A stretch of 64,000 bases of DNA from Adineta vaga (Eukaryota > Animalia > Rotifera). The notes under the pieces are model-generated. The model was not told where the DNA came from. It ran no database searches and was given only the letters and a program-made list of their open reading frames with translations. Position numbers and translations under genes: made by a program. Where the stretch lies: contig CP075497.1 in assembly GCA_021613535.1 (NCBI GenBank), positions 248,001 to 312,000 of the forward strand. Direction: 5' to 3'. Each line of letters begins with the position of its first letter. Position 1 is the stretch's first letter. Shown in pieces: positions 52,304 to 64,000 of this stretch.

Positions 52304-52439
52304 TCTTGAGGGTGTGGGTGAGAAACAATATACACTCACACTCACACCCACACTCACACTCACACCCACACTCACACTCACATCCACACTCGCACCCACA
52401 TCCACACCCACATCCACACCCACACCCACACCCTCAAGA
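52304..52439. repeat. Best-preserved telomere-like hairpin element
   Basis: TCTTGAGGGTGTGGGTGAG, a short spacer, about 17 degenerate CACACC units, then CTCAAGA. Confidence 0.9.
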
Positions 52440-53385
52440 TCAGGCAGGCTGAAAACTTCACAGGCCTAGGGTGTAGGTCTGGGTATTTGCATCATCGTCC
52501 ACGACATCCATAAACATACCCACCCTCACCCACACCCTCAAAAGAGAATTTCCCACTTTGTCCTTGAATTCATTCTTTTGTTTCTAACAAACGCAGGACA
52601 TAAAGTGGGTTTTTAAAAAAATATTTATCTGTTGTGTAATTGTAGCTTGAAAAAAACCGAGATAAAACGTGTTTACTTATCTTCTGACAAGTATAAAAAG
52701 AGCTGCGCAAGGTAAACCACAGTATTTTCTTTTTCACTTTATCATCAAAAAGAAGTAAGTAAAGCTAACTCAACAATATAAGTGGTTTACTGTCACGAAA
52801 AAAAACCGCTGCGATTCGGTGGTTTTCAAAGCTGCGGTTTCTAACGTTTTTTCCTGAAATCGGGAGTCAGATCATTTATAAAGTCGCCCAATACCGCCGG
52901 AAACCGTGGTTTGAGACGGTATTTCGTGGCTCCATAGATGGGCTGACTACCACTACTTAAAGAAACCTCTGAAAACCACAATTGTTCACAGGCGACAGCA
53001 TTGCTCAGGTCGATCCAGCCACCCCCACCCACCCCCCTGAATATTTCAGCGGACTAGATTATCCTTTTAGGTTCTTTAGCGAAACTTGTGTAATAAATTC
53101 TTATGAAATAGTAGTGCACGACATCCTTTTTCTCCTCCCACATTCCAATTTTCGGTCAGGTTCGGCTTCGGTATTATAAATACCGTTAGTTTTTTTAAAT
53201 GTCTGTAGTCCTTCATTTTCTGGTTCATTTATTTTATTCTGCGTAAGCCTGTCATAGCCAACCCTGAAATCCCTTCTTCTACCAAATGAATACAAATGGT
53301 CGAACCCACACCCGTTGGATGTACACTTCTTGCCTAAATAAAGCTTTTTTTAAATTTAAGTATTGCATTGGACAAAGTCGAAACT

Positions 53386-54812
53386 ATGTCACTTAATGAT
53401 AATGACAACGCGTCGTCCGTTAGTGGAGATTATGTGAGCGATCGTATCCGTACAGATAGTGGTCAGAATTATGCATATGATCGTACATTGAATAGTACGG
53501 ATATTTTGAAAACTACTACCAATGCAACTTCTTTTTATCGAACTTCAGTAGTAGGTGGAAGTTCGACTGGTGACATAGTTCACACCACGAGCGCTTCAGA
53601 AACCGATAGATATCTGGACAGCCATGGTATCAGTCTTTGCAAAAGTCCAAATGTAATTCAGCGAACGGAATACGGCGCGTCAGCAGAATATGAACAACGT
53701 GTTTGTCTACGATACCTTCAGCCACCACCTCTGCCACCACCAGGAGTAATGAAATACTTTATCTAATATGAATGCTGATCAGTTTGTCATGATTTTAGCC
53801 ACTAACTATTGAAGAAATACGAAAACCAGGACCACCGGGATCAATATTAACCATACGTGAACAGCCAACAATTGTCGATGCTCCACCTCCACTTGTTTTA
53901 CGTGAACGACCACCGACACCACCGATAATTCCTGGACCTGAAAGAAGTTAGAATAAAAAACATTAAATAAAATATTATTGATTGATTTCTTTCCTTTATG
54001 CAGAGACTGTGTATATTTCTTCGGACTCTATCCAAGAACGGTCAATCGTTATCGAACGGTATCCAGCTATTCAAGAAAAACCACGTATAAAAATTGTTTT
54101 CTTTACTTTTTTTCTATGATTTCTCATTCTGACTGTCTACGGGTGGGACATTTACGTTTATTTACAATAAACGTTAACGGATTGCGTTAACGTTATTATT
54201 AACGTTAACGCAATCCGTTAATTAATTCGCGTTAAATTAAATGGTCCACCCCTACTGACTGTTGCTTGCTCGTTATTTAGGCGATATTATAATCGAACGA
54301 TGGTTACCATACGGGCCTCTACCTGAACGTGAAATCATTCGTAAAAGAATTGGTGGTCCACCAGAATCCAAAGGAACTTGTACGATTATCAACTACGAAA
54401 ATCCACATTCACATGTGAATCGCAGGTTTGCAGTAGTTGATGTTTACAATGCAGACCCGAGGGATTATACGGCTCGCTACAGAGACTCACTATTGGATTC
54501 AACAGAATTGCTTCAGCAGGTTCGTCGTCTGGGTGTTAACGAAGACATAGTTAAGTGTTTCTAAAGTTTGTATCAAGCATTAACATTTTTCGTTTGTTCT
54601 AGAGTTCTCCGTCAACAATATCAACTAGTACGCGTGTAGACAGAAAACGTGTTGATTATCTACAGTCACGAAATAGTTTATGTGACTGTTTCACATCGGA
54701 TGTTATTTCTACTGGTGCAGAATCGGGATACGGTAGAAAATCAAGATATCATGAGAATGGTAACGTGACCGAAATTTCCAGTACTACCAAATATCAACGT
54801 CGAAATGATTAA
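53386..54812 (+). CDS. Proline-rich protein (YLQPPPLPPPGPL..RERPP..DIIIERWLPY family)
   Basis: Five exons splice in frame. Stop TAA at 54810-54812. Confidence 0.8.
54138..54254. mobile_element. 117-bp palindromic MITE in an intron
   Basis: TIRs TACGGGTGGGACATTTA and TAGGGGTGGACCATTTA (14/17 match). Flanking duplication CTGACTGT at 54129 and 54255. Internal palindrome with 22-bp arms. Confidence 0.8.
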
Positions 54813-55050
54813 AGAAATTTTACGAATGCTTACAATCACCGTGACCAAGAACTCTACAAAATTGAATTTTAATCATATATCTTACACATATAACAAATAA
54901 CCCTCATCCTTCTGATTCGCTGACCCTTTTCTGAAAGAATTATACTTGATTAAAAATATAAAACGATTTTATTCTAAAAGAAATGACTGCTATATTATGA
55001 TCGATGTTGATTATCAATAGATGACTTCATCTATTCCTTTTAAAAGATTA

Positions 55051-56012
55051 TACAGTGTAACGAATTTTGGAACGATGTTTTTTGTATCGTTACTGACCAA
55101 TTGGGAGACACATCTGCTTTTTTCCCCATTATTGGCTTGATGTTTGTTTGACTGTGTACTACATCCATATCTAACTGTTTAACATACAACATAAACTTAT
55201 ATACCAGAGAGGAAAATAATAAAACTAATGTGTTTCATCCAAGGATAACTCTTTAGTACTACCTGATTATTGTTCTCTTACGTAACATTACACTAGTATG
55301 ACGCTGATCAAATAGTCCTATCATCTAATAATGATCGCCTGATTTTCTACCTGTCTAAAATAAGAACAAAGGGTTATCAAAAGAAGAGGAAACGTGAATA
55401 TATGAATTAGAAACTATGTTCATTCATTGTTGGCACACATGTCTTGTAGTAATTAATGGTTAACTTCGTGCATGAACAGGACGAAAACCAAATGATGACC
55501 GATAATTTCGAATTGTTCGAGGATTGATCAGCAATACTGCTTGAAGTATCTGTTGGATATCGATATAACAATTGTCGTAACGTATTAACTCGATCATTAT
55601 TCAATATTTGAAGACGACCCGGTCTATCACGTTCTGTAACATCATTAGCTTCTTGAAATAAATAAAGAATATTATAAACAGTTTGAATACTACAAGGTAT
55701 TCGACGAGCTATTTCATGTAAATTGTGTCCTTGGTCAAAATTCAATGAAATAATACGCCAACGATCATGAAGAGATAAATGACTACTAACCGTAGTAGAA
55801 CAACTAGCTTCGAAACAAAATTGAAAATAAACGGATAGGTGACCGATACATCTGTTATTAAGTACGACTAATAGGCTAACGGTCAAGTTGACTATATTGC
55901 CGAGAAAACAGTGAGAAACACAAACATTCAATGAACGACCGTTTGTCTAAGATATGAAAAGAAAGGAAAATTAGAGGAGTGTCCATTTGTTATTCTCAGT
56001 CATTTATTCTAT
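55051..56012 (-). mobile_element. Degenerate Tc1/IS630-like transposon remnant
   Basis: HTH segment HLSLHDRWRII..HEIARRIPCSIQTVYNIL..RPGR, TA|CAGTG at 55051, catalytic region decayed. Confidence 0.6.
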
Positions 56013-56414
56013 AGATAAAAACATGCTGATGTATGCTTCTTTTAAATATTTAAGAATTGCCTTTTGTAGTGGTACTTAGAGCATCAATTCAGTTGTTATT
56101 ATTGTTCAAAAAGAAATAGATTATGTTTGACTTAAAGATATGCAGTATATAAACAATGTACCTGTTCTTTGTCGACAAATAATATATAATATTGGGTATG
56201 ATAGTATGGAATGGTAGAGAATTTTACGGACATTCAGAATATGTATTTGGCTTTGGAATAGGTTATCTTTGTATTGAAAATTGATTTGAAAAACAAACAA
56301 TATTTAAATTACGCATGTCTGCTGTATCATTAGAGTATGGATAGTTTTCATTTTTTTTAGTAACGTTCTAATCTGAGTAGCCGTAAGATTGTATTTCCTT
56401 GATGATAAGAGACA

Positions 56415-57520
56415 ATGTCTGAAATTTGACTTTTTCTCCGTAGGTTGTCAGTGTTGTTGTGATCGATAGAAAATAACCGCAAGGAAACTTATCACATTTC
56501 TGCGTGACACTCTAGTTAATCTAAACATATTCCTTCTCCGCGATTTTGGAAATAATGCTGATCAAATGACAGCTAAACGTCTTGGCCAATAGGCTACTCG
56601 TCTCATCCTAGATACCATCGATTTTATCAACATATAATCGATTTGTTGAAATTGAACTATTATTTAACGAGGTAAGAAGAGACCATTCTAGACAGAATGA
56701 CGGTTGAGTGCAACTGCATGGTTGGTTTTTCCGACGCAGTATGAGGATCATAAACAGTGTGATTACAGTGAACAGAAGACTAACTGAAAGTAGTTATATC
56801 TTCACTGTTAGCTTTCACAAGTATAGGGATGATAGTGGAAGAGAGAGAATGAAAGAATTTATATTTTATTCTAGTTGTATCACAAAACTCTCAAACGATA
56901 ATCGAGAACAGAGTTTTCTATGTTCATCTTTTTCATTTATTATAGGTCTGCACGAGTTCATTCTCTTCGAATCAATGGCGTATTAATGTCACGTCTGGTC
57001 TGGTTTCTCTCTGCTCATCTACAATTTCTCAATAGATTATGTGAACTCTCGATCGAATCGGTAAACAATTCTGTCAATTAGTTTCATTCTTCGAATACAT
57101 TCAGAAATACTTAAGCAGTAACCCAAGCTCTCATATATGGCAATGGATGTTCATGTGGTTTGTATACAAATTGTACAGCTCAAACAAGTTTTATCAGAAC
57201 AAATACATTTGAAATCATTTCAATGAAAAGTTTGAAAACTGATGGCTGTACACCAAGTGAATCATTTTGTGCTTCGACTCTGAAATGTTTCTATGAACAA
57301 TCATGTATTAATCTTATTCAAAAATATACTAATTATACAAAGCATATTGCTCCTCTCTCTGTAAAGATGAATCGATCCTCGATCAATACTACTGTAGCTG
57401 AATTTATCAGTAATTTATTCGTGAAGCAATTGTTAACAACAATGAATTATTCATCTTATTTTGAGCAATGTTCACCATGGTTTTGTTCAACCTGTCTGTT
57501 CTCTCGAGATTATGTCTGAT
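56415..57520 (+). pseudogene. Decayed exon of the exon-repeat membrane protein family
   Basis: LNIF..TAKRLGQ*ATRL, GCTPSESF.ASTLKCFYEQSCI, YFEQCSP..C match the 60603-64000 repeats. Confidence 0.7.
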
Positions 57521-60500
57521 AAGACTGTTAACACAGAATCAACACTAAAGAATACAATATCTCAGTACACCATTTCTATTTTCATTTGATGCTTAATGTA
57601 AAGTTCTTGTTGGTAGATCTTAAGATATATTGTGCTGATGTTTGTGATGACAGTTCTCATTAGATATACCATTTATGTTGTTCGACAAGAAAAGAATCAA
57701 GTTACAGTAACATGTATGCTATTTTCCTATATATTTGCCTGAGAGTCATCGCACTTCTTTTGTACGATGTCGTGATTACATGCACCGTCAATGGCAAGGC
57801 TTTTTTTGTTAAATATAGAATAGAATATGAGCGTTACACTCGCAATGAATCGAAGTCAGTAAAACCAAGTTATTTTCAGTTTAAGTAAACATCTTGATCG
57901 ATGCAAAGTTATACGATAAGTCAGATTTCGACAAATTTTTACTGGTATAGCAAAAAGGTGTCTGTCTGGGTGTTTATATAATGCCTATTTCACAGAAATA
58001 CCTCGAAGTTTTTTTCTACGCTAATTAGTACCATTATGGACTCAACATCAAGTATGACAACGACAACCACAACAATACACTGTAAAGAAATTGAAAGTAT
58101 TTATTTTTTTTCTTTCTATAAATGTCGAAAGACAGAATTCTATAGTTTTCCATGATATTGTCTTTAGGATGAGTTCTTTTAGTTTGTGTATTTAGAAAAA
58201 CTGGATGATATATTCAACTTTATGAATTACACCATAGCGAAAAGATTGAGTTCTATCTAAGTATTAATATATACTTGAAAATTGATTTTCTAGATATTCC
58301 TACCATGTTTAATTGGATTTTCACTGTCTTGTTGTCTGTCAAAAATCAATGAACTATCTTGATTCAATAGTGTTTCATAATCTTCACCAAACTTAAGAAT
58401 AAAGAGTGTGTGAAAATGACTTTCGTTGAAGGTGTGAGTGAGAATGATACTTTTCTCCTCGCTCTCACACCCTTAGCATGACACCCACCCTCAATATATA
58501 GAAGTCAGATGTATTAATTATGCAGAATATAAATTCTATGATGTGTTGAATATTATCGTTAATAGTATTATACAACCAATTGTGATGTTAATATTTATTT
58601 TACTTATCGAACCATTCTTTTAGGTGGACAACGTACGGTAAATAAATCTCAAATTTATAATTCAATATATATATATTGTTTTATTTTAGAGTACAATAAG
58701 TTAAAGTAAATGCCAATCGAGCTTGTAATCAATTTATAGTTGTAACCATAATTCAAGTATTCAGGAACAGCAACATGTTCATTAATCTTTTTCACTGTGT
58801 GCTCATTGTAATGATATTTGAAGACTGATATGTAGTTTATTTCTGTTTAACATTTCCTATTGCTTTTTATCAAATCAACAATGTTGACATGAAAATCATG
58901 TTGAAAAGCATTTGTTAATTTTTAGAAAAAATGATTTATTCACCTTTGTCATCTTATTTACTTATATATAAATATTTTCTTTAATTAACAAATTTCTAAG
59001 CTTATGTTTTTGTCAATTAGATTAAAAGAATATATAAAACATCAATGATAACAAAACTGAACATTCGCATAGTCAAAGACAAAAGAAAACATTCAAACAT
59101 AAATTATATTCTCATTCTGTGTTTTCTCTGAAGTTCAATGTTTGTTTCTTATATTTTATGCTTTTATGGTTTTCTTTCTTTTTTCATTTGCAAAAATATT
59201 AACTAAAATAGAGATGGATGAACCTGGTTTAACTATTTATCTCTTCTTCATATGTTTCACTATGGTTATGCGTTGCATAAGAGAAAGTTTTCACTTTGAT
59301 TTTATTTATCTTGTACAAAAAAGATACGCTACTGCGAATCATTGAAATTAAAAAAAACTTTTTTCTATAATGAGATGAATGTAAATGTTGATGTTGTATG
59401 TATCTTATTAAAACCATACTATTATGGAGGATAAAACTGTTAAGTTTTTATCAAATCAAAACTCACAAAATATTTCGTTTGCAAATTGTTACATTGAGAT
59501 TCATTTGGAATTCTTTAAATAAAAGGTGTTGGCATTATAAATATAAAAAAAAAGAAAGCAAGAATGTTGAATATTGTAATACTCGGATAGATAAAAAAAA
59601 GCAATTTGAAAGTCATGTCTTTGAAAGGAAATGAGAATTTTAAAAAAATAGTTTCAAAATGTTGATATCATGCACAGAAAAAAAGTAAAAGTGTTAATAT
59701 ATTTAAAAGTTTTTTTTCAAAATGTGCACCATAAATCCATTTTTATGAATGTCTATATTGATGATGACAGGAGATGACGCATTTCATCAATAGAGCTAAC
59801 ATTCTTTCGAACTATTATACTAATTATCTTTGATTTGATTCTCTTGTGAATCATACATATCAATTTGGAATTTATATTGATGTTTTTAAAACAATGGAAT
59901 AAGAGAAATATAAGATGTTCTATTCGATCAATCATTCTACATGTTAATATCAATAAAAATTGTATTTTTCATCGATTATTATTAAAACGAGGCATCGAAA
60001 ATGAATATTTATAAAAGTATATGGAAATTAAGAAAAAAAAAAGAAATGATACTTAAAATGAAGTAGACTTGTTGAAAGAAAATATTGCAGTATACAATAC
60101 AACAAAGATTTTCTCTTTATATTCCAATTTTTTGTTAATCGACGGTGAGAGAGTATAACTATAAAATGTTAGTTTTTTCTCTTCTTTCGTAATATTTATT
60201 AGAAAGTAATTCTGTGTATGTTAGAATATAATATTCTTTTTCTATTCATATCTTTTACTATGCTCTCTTGTTCTCTATCGTACATATATGTATGTTATAT
60301 TGTACTTAGACACATACAGAACTTTATTACAGATATCAAAGAAAGATTTTTTTATAAATAAATCTCCGATTATTCGATACACAGTATGGAAGTGAAAGTA
60401 TTAGATAAACATATAGAATACTTACTCACAGCTCCAATGGATTAAATATTTTGATCTCATTTTTATTTAGATTCTTAATACAAATAAAAAACCAATCATC

Positions 60501-60602
60501 AATCAATTCTCTCTTTACTAAGAGAATGAATAGTATGTTATTTAATTTGTTTATCGTTTCTCCAGAATTGTTAAAACAGTTATGGTTTTATTTCTCTTTT
60601 AG

Positions 60603-63600
60603 TAACAAACATTTCTAACAAAGTTTCTCAATTTTGGCAGAAATTTAAAAAATTTTATAAAAATTTTAATTTATTTCCATCTGTACCACCTTCAACCGAT
60701 CAATATGAACTGCAAACTCAACACATATCAACAAGATTATTTCTTCTTCTATTGATTCTAGCATTATTTATTCTTCTCTTATATACTTCGTTACAAACTG
60801 CCACAAAAACATTCATTGTTCAAACACCAACTCTTGGACAATATTTACAATTATATTCTAAACATGAACAATTACTCACATGTCCATGTACTCAAATATC
60901 AATCTCTTATGAAAAAATTCTTTATATTAAATACACATTACATCAAATATGTCATAGCATGTTTGTGACGAACAAATGGATTTCATATCGTCTGGAGTTT
61001 TACGGATACGTCCTTATGTATAGTGACTTTCGAGTCGTAGGTCCCTATGCATTCCAAGCGTTGAAACTTTTTTGTCAGTTAACCGACAATACAATCTCTC
61101 ATGGTTTAACTCAATTAAATTCCAGTCAATATATCAGTGGATTTATCACATCAAGAGAGTTATTCGAAGCACAAACGCTTTCGTTCACTAATCAGTTTCT
61201 ATCATCTACAAGAAATAATTTCATTTTATCTCTGAATATAATCCGAAATACAACCCATGGAAATGCATTATTATCTGGATTAGGAACAAATGCCCGTTTC
61301 TTTCCACATCCTGGCTATTCTTCAATTGGCTTAAAAGTTGTTTATGACTGTAGTTGCGATACATCAAGTACGTGCATTGCTCAATCTTTGATCTATAATT
61401 ATTCTGATCCGTCAAGTTTCTGGATGGTGCCAGGTATATATACAGGATGCTACGTGATTCAGTCATTACTTCGATCCAATCTCCAATGCTTCTATGATCA
61501 AAACTGTGTAGATAATATACAGGTTCTTTTAGCACCAGATTTGGTAATGAATCTGACCGCTCTCAACCCATCAATACCTAGTGAATATTTTCCAAATTCC
61601 ACTATTATGGACATTCTCAACAATTTAATGATTGAAGAATGGAAATTAACACAAATGTATGACAAATATTATAATGAATGTCAACCTTCACAATGCAGCT
61701 ATACTATTGAAACAAGAAATGATATCCTTTATGTCATTACAACCTTGATTGGTATAGTTGGTGGTTTAACAACCGTTTTGAAATTTATGGTACCAAGACT
61801 GGTCAAGCTGATAAGAAAGAAAAGAATACAAACACAATCATTTTCAGGTAAGATGAAAGAGGGGATTTTTTTCCGTAGGGTTCGATAATGATATCATTTT
61901 TAGTACATGCTACTTAAAAAGGGCAAACGTGCCAGTTATATATTTGTGATCATCATCGTCTACTATTGTAGAAAAATTAAACGAACTAAAATGGTTCACA
62001 CCAAGTATCGCACCACAACCTATAATAATACTTTATTTTGTTATTTATAAGGAATTGTCACATAGTAGTACGTTGAGAAAGTAGTTGAACTTTGATCATT
62101 CATTGGGAACGAATTTAAGTCAAACTTTAACTTCGTGTTTATTTTTAAATATGTTATCTGATAGGAGTGGCCATGCATGACTACATCCGCCGTTCTTTTA
62201 CAAAACTGAAGGAATACCTACTAGCATTCAATTTATTTCCATCTGTACCATCTTCAACAGATCAATATGAGCTGCAAACTCAACATATATCAACAAGATT
62301 ATTTCTTCTACTATTGATTCTAGCATTATTTATTCTTCTCTTATATACTTCGTTACAAACTGTCACAAAAACATTCACTGTTCAAACACCAACTCTTGAA
62401 CAATATTTACAATTATATTCTGAACATGAACAAATACTCACATGTCCATGTACTCAAATATCAATCTCTTATGAAAAATTTCTGTATATTAAATACACAT
62501 TACATCAAATATGTCATAGTTTGTTTCTCGCCGATGAATGGATTTCACATATAGGCAAAGGAACTGGTTTTTTCTCAACCCTGGATTTTCGAGCGACGGG
62601 TGATTATACATTTCAAGCGTTGAGAGGATTTTGTCAATTAATCGAAGACATACTTTTTAATAGTTTGACTCAATTCAATTCGAGACAATATGTTAGTGGA
62701 TTTGTCACGCCCACACAGCTGTTTGGGGCACAAACTGAATCATTCAGTAATCAGTTACGGTCATCTACAACAAACAGTTTTATTCTATCTCTGAATATGA
62801 TCCGAAATACAACCCAAGCAAACGCACTATTTACCACAACTCAAAGTAGTTTTTACTTTTACGTACACCGAATTGGAATTGTAGCTGTGCTTCCGGAGAG
62901 TTATTCTGATTGCAGTTGTGTTGTATCAAGTGCCTGTACTACTCCATCTAGTATAAAGAATGCGGATAGTGTTGAAGTCTTTTTCAATGTAACCGGTATA
63001 TATACAGGATGCTACCTGATTGAGTCGTTATTTCAATCCAATCTCCAATGCCTCTATGATCAAAACTGTGTAGATAAACTAAATAGTTATATGGTAACAT
63101 TATCGATTAGTTCAGAAGCTTTAAACGCATCAATATCAAGTGAATATTTTCCAAATTCCACTATTATGGACATTCTCAACAATTTAATGATCGAAGAATG
63201 GAAATTAACTCAAATCTATGACAAATATTATAATGAATGTCAACCTTCACACTGCAGCTATACTATTGAAATAAGAAATGATGTTATTTACATCATCACA
63301 ACATTGATTGGTATAATTGGTGGTTTAACAACAGTTTTGAAATTTATTGTATCAAGACTAGTCAAGTTTATAAGAAAGAAGAAAAATGTTACACTGACCA
63401 ACGTCGGTAAGTTGCAATAGTCATATGAGACAATGCAAATAATAATATATTTCATATTCGTAATTCAACACTTTAAAGTCACAATAACTGATCACTGTAT
63501 ATTTTACTACGAGATTAACCTTATTAAGTATCATGAGCTTCATTCACTCGATTCATTTGATGTTTAACAACAAATTCAAACTCTATTCTGTGATTATTAA

Positions 63601-64000
63601 TATAATTAATATTTTGTTAACCCCTATTTTCGTTCCAAGATTCCTCGGCTGATGCTGTTTCAGAACATAAGAATTATTTTTTGTTTGAAAGAACCCATCA
63701 ACATGCAGGATAATATAGAGTTCTTTTCTTGATTAAAGTTTTTTGAAAGTTACATATACAGACGTTTCTATAACTTGACCCGAATTTTTCTAATGAAAAG
63801 AAAAGTTCCATGAAACTTCTACATAACCTATTTCTTCCTCACCTCTTTAAAGTTATAATGAATAAAGTATTCATTCCTTATACTCATTTGCTTTCAGTAA
63901 TGACAAAAAAGGAACGAGCAATAGTATTATGGCAAAAATACAAAGACTTCTTGCGAAATTTCAATTTATTTCCATCTGTACCACCTTCAACGGATCAATA
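60603..64000 (+). CDS. Membrane protein made of about 415-aa repeats (TM, Cys-rich ectodomain, TM), one repeat per exon; partial
   Basis: Open exons 60603-61847, 62165-63406 and 63898 onward, all bounded by phase-1 introns. Shared motifs FNLFPS, LTCPC, CFYDQNC, YYNECQP..CSY, TLIGI.GGL. Confidence 0.8.

Noticed and set aside
52780-53300. GC-rich segment with a small hairpin plus CTAG as a Helitron 3' end
   Set aside because: CTAG is followed by A rather than T, the hairpin is weak and no 5' end was identified. Probably a TE remnant, but unclassifiable.
1-64000. Bacterial contamination explaining NADAR, AlkB and MBL
   Set aside because: They are interspersed with spliceosomal-intron genes and eukaryotic TEs at similar AT content, and the MBL gene has an intron.

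Overview
AT-rich eukaryotic DNA with short GT-AG introns. The gene content (receiver-like/ART/TPR proteins, NHL-repeat proteins, orphan 7TM remnants, intronless microbial-type enzymes, TGTGGG/TGAGGG repeats) points to a bdelloid rotifer; this is an inference. The window looks like a transposon- and HGT-rich accessory region. It holds: (1) an intact intron-containing KDZ (Kyakuja-Dileera-Zisupton) transposase, then an intact atypical TatD gene, a 65-bp tandem array and a sharp junction that cuts an ART gene, probably the right arm of a large cargo-carrying element; (2) full-length but disabled piggyBac and hAT elements, and a Spy-type element with 758-bp TIRs inserted at AAA|TTT without a TSD; (3) nucleotide-chemistry/defence-like genes: three ART(-TPR) loci, NADAR, an MBL-fold hydrolase beside an ankyrin-cGAS/Mab21-like pseudogene, AlkB, plus a META-domain protein; (4) about 14 dispersed hairpin elements with telomere-like arms capped by TCTTGAG...CTCAAGA; (5) NCS, proline-rich and exon-repeat membrane protein genes and many pseudogene remnants. 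All calls come from motif reading by eye; no database searches were run.
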